Below are positions 34,076-42,939 of a stretch of DNA of 64,000 nt, piece by piece. This DNA is from TPA_inf: Saccharomyces (lineage: Eukaryota). Location of the stretch: contig BK006948.2 in NCBI GenBank assembly GCA_000146045.2, positions 192,001 to 256,000 on the forward strand. Reading direction: 5' to 3'. The position numbers were made by a program, and so were the translations under genes. Under the pieces are notes generated by a model that had not been told where the DNA came from, made no database searches, and saw only the letters and a program-made list of their open reading frames with translations. Within the stretch, counting starts at the first letter, position 1. Each line of letters begins with the position of its first letter.

Positions 34076-34610
34076 AGTAAAATGCGAGACGTTTTCCTTA
34101 TATATTATTTATTAATCTGTCTAGTATCATTGAGAGAAAAATAATAACGCAAGGAATGCAACCTTTATCGAAGTCTCAGTATGCTTTGTCTGATGGTTTA
34201 AATAATAGGATTTTTTCTGCCAGCTGGCATAGCTCTAAGGGTTTCCTAACCTTCATCGGGGATCATTAATCTATCAGAAAATAGAAGCTATACATATACA
34301 TGTCGCTAAAGAAGTACGGAGGGCTTGTGTAATAAAAGGCAACACAATACGTGGCTGCTAGAATGGATTCATCTTACACGCGGTCATATTAGGCTAAACG
34401 GCACATGTTAACTTTTTTCACATTTGTAAGTAAAAGTAATAGATCCAGTTCCCTTTATAGGATAACTGGCAACGATGGGGAACGTTGACAGAAATACTGG
34501 GCCCAAAAGAGGATAGAAAAAGAAAAAATAAAGTGTAATCAATAATTAATCAATCTATCAAAAGTTATATACATTGCAATGTTGAAATTAAAAAAATTCA
34601 ACAAAAAATT

Positions 34611-34681
34611 TGCGCAAGCCCGGAATCGAACCGGGGGCCCAACGATGGCAACGTTGGATTTTACCACTAAACCACTTGCGC
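34611..34681 (-). tRNA. tG(GCC): tRNA-Gly (anticodon GCC), 71 nt, no intron.
   Basis: Reverse complement reads GCGCAAGTGGTTTAGTGGTAAAATCCAACGTTGCCATCGTTGGGCCCCCGGTTCGATTCCGGGCTTGCGCA. A T6 Pol III terminator lies immediately 3' at 34603-34608 (plus-strand A6). Confidence 0.95.
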
Positions 34682-34689
34682 TGAATTTC

Positions 34690-35038
34690 TTGATGGTATT
34701 ACATCTCAGGATAGCATACCTCAGTATGACAATACATCATCTCGTAAACGCTCATATGAAACAACCTTATAACAAAACGAATAGAATGAGCAACATGAGA
34801 TAAAACTCCGCCTCCCGTAGTTGAACCACCCAAACGTATAAATCCCTGAACAATTAGTTTAGATCTGAGATTCCTCGCTTTCATCATTTAGTGTAATTCA
34901 TATTTTATATGATATATAGAATAAGCAACATCCCATGAATCAAGCTGATAATCCGTTTTGGCAACTGATTACTTCCCAAAGACTCCTTATATTAGGATTG
35001 TCTAGACACCCCGGTATTACTCGAGCCCTAATACAACA
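34690..35038 (-). mobile_element. Solo sigma element (Ty3 LTR), about 350 bp, immediately upstream of the tRNA-Gly 5' end.
   Basis: Diagnostic sigma blocks (CAGTATGACAATAC..., CATATGAAACAACCTTATAACAAAACGAA, TAAATCCCTGAACAATTAGTTTAGATC, ...GGTATTACTCGAGCCCTAATACAACA at the 3' end); typical placement within about 20 bp of a tRNA gene. The 5' boundary is approximate. Confidence 0.85.
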
Positions 35039-35059
35039 GTAAAAGTTTGTAAATATATA

Positions 35060-35300
35060 GAATTAATTGGTCACAATTGTTTGATGCTCCCCTTTCAATT
35101 AACGAATATCTATTGACTGGTATTTATATTACTATTATATTATCATATAAGACGTGACAAGATGACATAAAGACTAAGAAACAGTCATTAGATTCATATG
35201 AAAGCTAAATGCAAGGATAAATATTGTAATAAGATAATAAGGGCCTGCACATAAAAATGGGAAGAATAAAAAGAATAGTAATAATAATAATGATGATGAC

Positions 35301-35337
<37 letters not shown>

Positions 35338-35420
35338 ATGATTACAATGTATTTGATAATATACTAGTATCACGAATATTACTAAATGGATGACACTCTA
35401 GAGTTTCATCTGAATAATTA
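35060..35420 (+). mobile_element. Degenerate delta-like (Ty1/Ty2 LTR) remnant, followed by an inverted copy of the delta terminus (about 35349-35410).
   Basis: Similarity to the delta consensus (TATTTACATTACTA.TATATTATCATATA...GAAACAGTCAT.TAGATT...GCTAAATGCAAGGAT.AATATTGTAATA). Boundaries are approximate. Confidence 0.6.
35290..35340. repeat. (GAT)n / (ATG)n microsatellite of about 17 units, embedded in the delta remnant.
   Basis: Direct reading: tgatgatgacgatgatgatgatgatgatgatgatgatgatgatgattatgat. Confidence 0.95.
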
Positions 35421-35675
35421 CCAAATTATTCACCTATCTCTTAGTAGTATACCTATTTTTTCGTTTAATTAGTGTCCTTATTGGCTTTAAAGTAATTAAT
35501 GCAGATGGTTCATGGCATACAAAAAATACTTTGTTTCGTTTGTTTTTTTTTTCTTTTTGTTATGATTTTATTAGCCTAATAATGTCCTAGAGTTAACAAA
35601 TGTAAATTGTAAGAGGATACATTACATCTACAAAAATTAAAACCAGTTAACTCTCTATCCTCATCCTTTTAATTT

Positions 35676-35851
35676 TGTTGAATAAGAGGCAACCATAAAG
35701 GTTAAGAAATAGCATCAGATGTAATGGAAGCTGAAAAATGCAATGATTGATTATTCAATAATAGTGAATAACGGCGTGTAAATGAATAAGAAATGGTAAT
35801 AATAATACTGATGCCTTTTTATGGATTCCTATATCCTTGTGGAAAACCTCT
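35676..35851 (+). mobile_element. Truncated delta (Ty1/Ty2 LTR) fragment in plus orientation.
   Basis: Starts TGTTGAATAAGAGG (compare delta TGTTGGAATAGAAATC); contains ...GTAATGGAAGCTGAAAAATGCAA...CTTTTTATGGATTCCTATATCC. Confidence 0.7.
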
Positions 35852-36180
35852 TGAATACTGGGTGAATAATTTGATAATTGTTGTCATTCCATTGTTGGTG
35901 AAGGCTATAATATTATGTATACAGATTATAATAGAAATTTTCCTCGAGGATATAGGAATCCTCAAAAAGGAATCTATATTTCTACATACTAATATTACGA
36001 ATATTCCCAATTCCGTTTTATACATTTCATTATCCTATTACATTATTAGTCCTTGCATTTCGCTTCAATCAATCTAACTGTTTCCCAATCTTTATGTTAT
36101 CTTCTTACACTGCATGTGATAATATACTAGTAACACGAATACTACTAAAAAGATGATATTTTAAAGTTTCATTCCAACAC
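35852..36180 (-). mobile_element. Near full-length solo delta (Ty1/Ty2 LTR) in minus orientation.
   Basis: Plus strand reads as the reverse complement of delta: ...TTTCCTCGAGGATATAGGAATCC...ATCCTATTACATTAT...TGATAATATACTAGTAACACGAATACTA...TTCCAACA, ending with the TGTTGGAA terminus inverted at 36173-36180. Confidence 0.8.
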
Positions 36181-36275
36181 CTCTAACATGTTCTATATAC
36201 CTAATATTAAACCTTTATTAATAATGGAATCTCAACAATTGTCTCAAAATTCTCCCATTTCTCACAATCTTGTGC
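36181..36275 (+). mobile_element. Delta 3'-end fragment in plus orientation, about 55 bp upstream of tRNA-Asn.
   Basis: CTATATACCTAATATTAAACCTTTATTAATAATGGAATCTCAACAATTGTCTCAAAATTCTCCCATTTCTCACA matches the delta 3' region. Confidence 0.7.
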
Positions 36276-36330
36276 ATTGAGAACTGTGCATCATTAAGTT
36301 TCTAAAATTTAGATCTTTCATAAAATATTA

Positions 36331-36404
36331 GACTCCATGGCCAAGTTGGTTAAGGCGTGCGACTGTTAATCGCAAGATCGTGAGTTCAACCCTCACTGGG
36401 GTCG
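36331..36404 (+). tRNA. tN(GUU): tRNA-Asn (anticodon GUU), 74 nt.
   Basis: GACTCCATGGCCAAGTTGGTTAAGGCGTGCGACTGTTAATCGCAAGATCGTGAGTTCAACCCTCACTGGGGTCG, followed by the TTATTTTTG Pol III terminator. Confidence 0.95.
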
Positions 36405-36613
36405 TTATTTTTGAATACCCAATACTTTTTTTTCGGGCCATTTCACACAATGGCGTTTTTTATCCTATGTCCACTACAATTTAGATGAGCTCTCTTCTAG
36501 CATACAACTGCGATGAGGAATTTGATAATATTCTATTTTAAGCATTAAGTTTTCAGAAAACGAACGATCGCGTTTTTTCTCAGACAGAAAGTTTTAATAT
36601 ATTGATAAGAATA

Positions 36614-37834
36614 ATGGGCGACGAATTACACAACCGTTTACTTCACCAAAACGATGGCACCAAGGACGCCATACTTTATAAGATAATAGAATCGTTAGTT
36701 TGCTCCATCTGCCACGATTATATGTTTGTACCGATGATGACACCTTGTGGTCATAATTATTGCTATGGTTGTCTGAACACCTGGTTTGCCAGCAATACTC
36801 AAAAAGAATTGGCTTGTCCGCAGTGCAGATCTGATATTACCACCATTCCCGCATTGAATACAACGTTGCAACAGTATCTATCATTCATTTTAGAGAAATT
36901 AAGGGACCAGAATGATGAATCTTTTAAAAAACTTTTAACAACTAAAACCAAGGAGGAAAATGATTACAAGAATGACAAGGAAAAGGACACATTGTTTGAC
37001 AAAGTATTTAAGAATAGCGCATTGGCAGTGGCCGACGACTCGGATGATGGTATCACACGTTGTAGTAATTGTCATTGGGAATTAGACCCAGACGAAGTAG
37101 AGGACGGAAATGTTTGTCCCCACTGCAATGCCAGAATACGGAATTACGCAGGTGGTCGCGACGAATTTGATGAAGAAGAATACAGTGAAGGAGAGTTGGA
37201 TGAAATCCGGGAAAGCATGCGTAGGCGTAGAGAGAATCGATTTGCGTCTACCAATCCGTTTGCTAATAGAGATGATGTAAGTTCTGAAGACGATGATAGC
37301 AGTGAAGAGGAGCCCATGCGAGAACATATCCCACTAGGCCGTTGGGCCAGGTCACATAATCGTAGTATTGCTGTGGATGCTGTGGATGATGAAGACGACG
37401 AAGAAGAGGATGAGGAAGAAGAAGAGGAGATGGATTCCGATTTGAAAGATTTTATAGAGGATGATGAAGATGACGAAGATGAAGATGGAAGTAGGAGGAA
37501 TTTGGTATTGTCTGCACTCAAGAACAGACATGTAATTATTACTGATGATGAGGAAGAGGAGCAACGGCGACATGCTACAGAAGAGGAAGATCGCGATAGT
37601 GACTTTTACGAGCATAATGATGATGGTTTTGTAAGTGGTGATAGCCTTGATGAGGATCAGAAGGAGGTTACACGGATACAATCGAGTTCTGATTCCGAAG
37701 ATCGTTCACTTTCGTATTCCGGCTCCAGCGATGTCAAGGATAACAATGACGATAACACGGAAGAATTAGATGACCCACAACCGAAAAGGCAGAAACGCTT
37801 CCGTGTAGTTCTAGGAGACAGTGACGATGAATAA
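36614..37834 (+). CDS. PSH1: RING-finger E3 ubiquitin ligase (targets Cse4), 406 aa, with a long D/E-rich C-terminal region.
   Basis: C3HC4 RING (CSICHDYMFVPMMTPCGHNYCYGCL...CPQC); ORF track starts at a TTG at 36602, ATG at 36614 (MGDELHNRLL). Confidence 0.85.
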   Translation: MGDELHNRLLHQNDGTKDAILYKIIESLVCSICHDYMFVPMMTPCGHNYCYGCLNTWFASNTQKELACPQCRSDITTIPALNTTLQQYLSFILEKLRDQNDESFKKLLTTKTKEENDYKNDKEKDTLFDKVFKNSALAVADDSDDGITRCSNCHWELDPDEVEDGNVCPHCNARIRNYAGGRDEFDEEEYSEGELDEIRESMRRRRENRFASTNPFANRDDVSSEDDDSSEEEPMREHIPLGRWARSHNRSIAVDAVDDEDDEEEDEEEEEEMDSDLKDFIEDDEDDEDEDGSRRNLVLSALKNRHVIITDDEEEEQRRHATEEEDRDSDFYEHNDDGFVSGDSLDEDQKEVTRIQSSSDSEDRSLSYSGSSDVKDNNDDNTEELDDPQPKRQKRFRVVLGDSDDE

Positions 37835-38084
37835 TCTGAACATTTTAACTAGCGGGAACGGCATATGTACGGAACTTTTATGTATGTTTTTAAAAAATTT
37901 CCTTTCTATCCTTATTACATTAAGATTTTTAAGCGATAGTAGGATCGGAAATATAAGCACTCGTTTATGATATAAATAGGTCAAGAATTTCGTAAAGTAA
38001 AATCAATACATATGTGAATCTTTTTTTTTTTTTTTTTGGGACTGCTATTGGTATTTTTTTAGCGTCACGTTAATCAGCCCAATT

Positions 38085-39272
38085 ATGTGGGGGTTATGCA
38101 AGAAGCATTTTCCGAGCAATAAAATTCAAGTGCAGGAGAGAAACAAAGCATTAAAACCAAAGAAGAGTGGCAGCGAACATAAGACAAAGCAACTGTTTCC
38201 TGTATTCAATTGCAAGAAGAAGGAAAAAGGGGTAATGATACGGTTTGCGATTCTACGTAATGCTAACACATCTCTACTGTCCGCGAGAAGTATATGCTTA
38301 TTTACCCAGGCGCCTACCTATTGTCATGTAAGGTTGAATACCTTGAATAAAAGCATTACAACTAAAAGAAATTCATTGACAGAGTCGAAAAGGCATGTCC
38401 ATGATGGCAAGCATTTTTTTACGACGCCACATCAACAGCAACAGACGAAGTTGGGGGAAATTGAAGAGGGACACAGTCCTAACATAAAAGGAGAGGACTT
38501 GAGAAGCATTGGTCAAGCAATAACACATCAGCGAAACAAGCGCCGAAAGCAAATATGGTCCGCCATATTTGGTGGTATATTCGGTGTGATATTAGGATAC
38601 TCACTAATCTATAGAGTGATATATTTAAAGGAACAAAGTTTCTTACCATTGTTTCCATCATCCAAGATACGTAAACTGAGTACCAGAGATTTGAAAAAGG
38701 TTGACGTAAACCAAGTACAGAAGCTTTCTAAATTAAGGGTTTTAGAGATATTATCCGGTCATGACATGATCAAGGAACAATACGGAGTACCATTGCTTGA
38801 TAAAGATGGCAATTCACCCACGTTAAATGAATTCAGCATGTGGTGCGAAGATCAAGATCCATGTGTAACTGGTATTGTAATGGAGCCAGACGATAAAAGG
38901 GATAGTTCGCACACTTGGTATAGAATACCCTTTGTTTGCAAATGGAGGATAACGCATCGGCCAATAAGTATACGGGGAACCATCGACGATTTACTGAACC
39001 GCATTGGTTTGGAAACAGCCGATTTATTTGAGATTATATCGCCGGAGAGGGTATACGGGTCGTTCAAGTACGAATACCCACTGCAGGGGGACTCACATGC
39101 ATTACACCTTTGGTTTCATGGCGAAATCGAACTGGACGATGATTCTTTGATTGTATATAATGGAAAATACCACGTTGATGTTAAATTGCAAGAAATCGAC
39201 CTCTTCAGACGTGAAAAGAACGGACAACTAATACAGTACGTTCTATACAAAAACGAAGCGGGCGACAAGTAA
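38085..39272 (+). CDS. AIM39: Mitochondrial protein of unknown function, 395 aa, with one predicted transmembrane segment.
   Basis: ORF track; ATG at 38085; hydrophobic segment IWSAIFGGIFGVILGYSLIY; position matches YOL053W. Confidence 0.65.
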   Translation: MWGLCKKHFPSNKIQVQERNKALKPKKSGSEHKTKQLFPVFNCKKKEKGVMIRFAILRNANTSLLSARSICLFTQAPTYCHVRLNTLNKSITTKRNSLTESKRHVHDGKHFFTTPHQQQQTKLGEIEEGHSPNIKGEDLRSIGQAITHQRNKRRKQIWSAIFGGIFGVILGYSLIYRVIYLKEQSFLPLFPSSKIRKLSTRDLKKVDVNQVQKLSKLRVLEILSGHDMIKEQYGVPLLDKDGNSPTLNEFSMWCEDQDPCVTGIVMEPDDKRDSSHTWYRIPFVCKWRITHRPISIRGTIDDLLNRIGLETADLFEIISPERVYGSFKYEYPLQGDSHALHLWFHGEIELDDDSLIVYNGKYHVDVKLQEIDLFRREKNGQLIQYVLYKNEAGDK

Positions 39273-39569
39273 GAAAAATGTAAATATTTTTATCACAATT
39301 ATGATTATTATCGTTATTAAACTACTTATTTTCGGTTACGTAGATGAAATAGTGTTATATAAGAATATTTGAGAAAGTAAAACTGATAAATAAATATAAT
39401 GGAATGAAAAAATAGAGACGAACTGGAAGAAGAGAAAAAAAATTAAAGCACCAAATTTACTACTCTGGGGCCTATAGATGGAATATCAAAGGGGAAGATG
39501 AGAAAAGAAATTATACATTTCAGAAACGTCAATAGGGTATCATCATCGTGGCAGTAAGCGGCGTTTTTC

Positions 39570-39755
39570 CTAAATCAAAAAGGCCAAAGCACCACCAACA
39601 GCAGCACCGACGACTCCGGCGTTTAGTAGTTGACCATTTTGAGCGTGCAAAGCAGGAGCAGCGTTACTCGTGGTGTTGGATGCGTTTTGAGCATTTACGC
39701 TAGTAGCGAGGCCGAAGACAGAGATGGCAGAAATGAAAACTTGTGATACTTTCAT
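39570..39755 (-). CDS. DDR2: Multistress-response small hydrophobic protein, 61 aa.
   Basis: Exact recognisable sequence MKVSQVFISAISVFGLATSVNAQ...; ATG at 39753-39755; STRE-rich upstream region. Confidence 0.9.
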   Translation of the reverse strand: MKVSQVFISAISVFGLATSVNAQNASNTTSNAAPALHAQNGQLLNAGVVGAAVGGALAFLI

Positions 39756-39925
39756 GTTTAAATCGATATTAAATTAGCGTGCTTGCTTGGAGGGCTTTTC
39801 AGAATGAAAAAAAAAAGAATGAAGAAAGAATTAACCAAAGAATGGAGGTTATGTGTAAGAAATGGCATTTATATATACATTTATATAAAAATGTATAAAC
39901 ATACTTGCATTATTGATGTCCCATA

Positions 39926-40247
39926 AGGGGTGAGAAAAGACAAAAATGGAAACAGGGGAAAAGAAGAAGAGTAAAAAAAGGATTATTTTAGGAGAGAAAG
40001 GGGATTAGAAGAACATCGGGCATAAACCTTTGAGCATCATCCTTTATTGATGTTTGACACCTTGCGATTGATGAAAAATATTGATGATATTAAGGTATTT
40101 CTGATAGCCACTGCCCCGTCCCTTGAAGCGGCCTTCCGTCGAGGCCTTGGCAACCGTGTCTGGGTGTGTGATATATTACATCAGAGGAAATAAAAGCTTG
40201 AGCGGCTAAACTCCCTTAGCTCAGGGGTGGTCTGGCCAGGAATTTTC
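39926..40247. promoter_or_regulatory. Cluster of four STRE cores (AGGGG at 39926-39930, 39954-39958, 39999-40003, 40223-40227) plus an HSE-like GAAttTTC at 40240-40247, 170-490 bp upstream of DDR2.
   Basis: Motifs read directly. DDR2 is one of the genes in which the Msn2/4 STRE (CCCCT/AGGGG) was defined. Confidence 0.7.
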
Positions 40248-40445
40248 AGTGGCCATTTTTCCTGTTCCGGGTCCGGCCAATCTGTGCCGGTTTTCTCTAG
40301 AGGAAAAAAAAAAGCATGCGGGGTAATGATGTAGAAGATATACAAGCGGGTTAAACTACATTAGTTATGAGTGCTAGAAAGCAAGCGAAGGATAATAGAA
40401 GAGGGCTATTCTATGTAAGTATGAGGAGACACAAATGGCGGCTTT

Positions 40446-41636
40446 TCATATTTTCTTCTGCAATTTCATATAGAAAAGGTGGTAGTCGTCCAGATCATAA
40501 ACAATTTTGTCTAACTTGATGTAGTCGGGCAGTGACTCGTTGATGCTTAGTAGTTTTTGGAAGGATTGGTTCTGATAATTTTTGGTAAAAAAGGTCATCG
40601 AGAACTCTCTTGGTTGAAAAACGTTCAGAATATGTAGAAGAACGTCCAAGTTGTCTTGCTTCCCTTGGGAAATGTCAAATACGGGTATGTTACTTTCGAA
40701 AGAGGCGTAAGACCAACCCTTTTCCGGAGTCACGTGCAGGGTGTAATAGTATTTTTCAGCGAGAATCATATTGGATGAGTATCCACATGGCGTGAACGCA
40801 AATGCATCGTGGTGAAATGATAAATCGGAGTCTTGGGCCGAGTTGACATATATTTCGTCAAGCCTTGTATTTTTAGTCATTTGGTAGCCGAGGTTGTGGC
40901 CCTTATCTTCGTTTGGCTCCACGAGAGCGGTTGTGGATGCCTCAGGCCCGCAAACAAACTTACTAGCGCATTCTGGGTCCAGCTCCGTCATCAGTACTTC
41001 GAAAGTTTCGTCGTCATCCTCGATGTACTCCTTTCCCTTAGGTGTGGAGCGGTCCGTCTCGGTGACGTACAGGTTCCAGTGGTTGCTCTTGTCATTTCTT
41101 CCCACGGAATAACTTTTACCATTGTCGAAAAATTTGTTCAAATAGTCGACTTCGTCAGCCCAGTTTTGATGGATAGCGGCTTGCTTACAGGGGAAAAGGA
41201 AACATCGTCTAGAATAAAACACTTTAAATGGTTTGTACTTGCCCCCTTGTGTTGTGCGGAAAGCCCACGATAACTCTTGCTCAACGATCTGGAAAAGCTT
41301 TTCGAGACAGAACAATGTGGTTGTAGTACCGCACGTCTTCATCGTCAATTTGTGATCGAAGACGAAGAGGGAAGACTCACTCAACAAAAAGGCATCCAGT
41401 TCTTTAGTCTTCTTCATGGAAAGAACTTCGCATTTCACTAATTTCAAAATCTCGATCCATCTATCCATGCCAATATTTCTTAATGTCTTTTCGGTCGTGA
41501 TGGACTTCTTGTGAGGGAAGAACCAGATTTCCAGCAACTTCTCGGGACCCTCGAACGCATCCGTTGAGTCTAAAGTGGCTGATAGTTCGTGGTCAATGTA
41601 GTTGTGGTTAGTCAATTCTTTTATGGTGACAGTCAT
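40446..41636 (-). CDS. SPE2: S-adenosylmethionine decarboxylase proenzyme, 396 aa.
   Basis: FEGPEKLLE autoprocessing-site region; ATG at 41634-41636. Confidence 0.9.
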   Translation of the reverse strand: MTVTIKELTNHNYIDHELSATLDSTDAFEGPEKLLEIWFFPHKKSITTEKTLRNIGMDRWIEILKLVKCEVLSMKKTKELDAFLLSESSLFVFDHKLTMKTCGTTTTLFCLEKLFQIVEQELSWAFRTTQGGKYKPFKVFYSRRCFLFPCKQAAIHQNWADEVDYLNKFFDNGKSYSVGRNDKSNHWNLYVTETDRSTPKGKEYIEDDDETFEVLMTELDPECASKFVCGPEASTTALVEPNEDKGHNLGYQMTKNTRLDEIYVNSAQDSDLSFHHDAFAFTPCGYSSNMILAEKYYYTLHVTPEKGWSYASFESNIPVFDISQGKQDNLDVLLHILNVFQPREFSMTFFTKNYQNQSFQKLLSINESLPDYIKLDKIVYDLDDYHLFYMKLQKKI

Positions 41637-42939
41637 TCTATGGTCCGCCTATTTGCGTAAGACACTATATGAAAACCTAAAAAATATAAAAAAGAAGCTA
41701 CAGTACAGTAATTGATTAACCTGGAAGAAAAAAAAGAAAAAAAGAGTTGATGCAAGGAGCGAGCTGTAGCGAATACAATATATACACGTATAGATATGCA
41801 GAGATGCTTTTAGTCGATTAGCAAAGTTTATTCGATGCCTAAATACCGGAGAACCGTGTTTGGAATTTTTTTTCTTCGAGTGGAAAAAAGTGAAAATTTC
41901 CAAAGTCAATCATTGTGTACGTACGCTGAAATTGGATGCAGAAGAGGTAAAAGGCGAAGGAAAAGAGGGCGAGGGTAAAAAGCCTGATTGCCAAACCATG
42001 GTGCCCAATTTATTGGATATTACTACTGATGGAAGGCTACATATCTCTGGCGCTTTCTATCAGCTGTCATCGATTTGAAATTCTTCTAGCCCTAGGAACG
42101 CCATTATGGGGCTTATCCGGGTAGCCAGTTGGCGGTTTTAGTTTTTTCACTTCTTGATTTTTTTCTAGTTCGAAGAATTTTTTCCACTGATGATTGAGCT
42201 ATAAAAGAGCCTGATTAAGATGAAGAGCTCCGATTCTCTTCGTTAACGGAGCATCAAACATGACGTTAGCGTCAAGTAACCTACGATATTTGTGCAACAG
42301 ACATGATGGAGTACCCTCATGCTTTGGCGCGTGCGCATCTATATAAGGTTAGGGACTGCAAAAGAAGCGGCGAGGCAGCCCACATCAAGTGGAACTACAC
42401 AGACTTCCTTGTCGCGATACTACGGTCCCAAGAGCAATCCTAACAAGCAATTACATATTCCCCCGCTGAACCTGTACAGTCCACGGATGGTGCAGAAGTT
42501 ATATGATTTGGGGGAAGACGCTTTTTCACATCTTCTTGCATGATAAGAGTAGTAGTAACTAAGTAATATGATTCAGTCAGTCTCTAGTTAATATAATTAG
42601 GCATTACCCTACATTGTGGCGGCCTCTTTTTTATTTCGAATCGGGCCTTCCTTCCACCCCGGCCCCGGTTGCGTCGATCAGAAAATTATATTATGGATGA
42701 GGATGATGAAGGTGCTTAACCTTTACAGTCAAACTTTTAATAGTCAACCATTCACAAGGACTAGGAATTTGTCTCTGGAAACAGCTGGTTCCACAAAGAA
42801 GTACTTCCACGACATTGCTATATACTTGTGCTGGTATATTTTTCTTTGTTAGTTAAACCCCATTTTTATAAGCGTATCGTTTCGTATAGTGCCGTACTCA
42901 AAGATCAAGGATTAAAACGCTATTTCTTTTAAATCTGCT

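Noticed and set aside
35793-36077. 94-aa and 68-aa ORFs.
   Set aside because: They lie entirely within the inverted delta LTRs. Solo LTRs are non-coding.
37144-37681. Antisense ORFs inside PSH1 (125 aa poly-Ser; 109 aa hydrophobic).
   Set aside because: They are generated by the reverse complement of the GAA/GAT-rich acidic tract of PSH1. There is no independent support.
42100-42900. Small ORFs (74 and 78 aa) and a GC-rich segment (CCACCCCGGCCCCGG) upstream of GAL11; possible tRNA or ncRNA.
   Set aside because: No tRNA cloverleaf or A/B-box pattern could be built. A CCGGGTAG Reb1-like motif and a TATATAAGG box suggest ordinary promoter DNA. Evidence is insufficient to call a feature.
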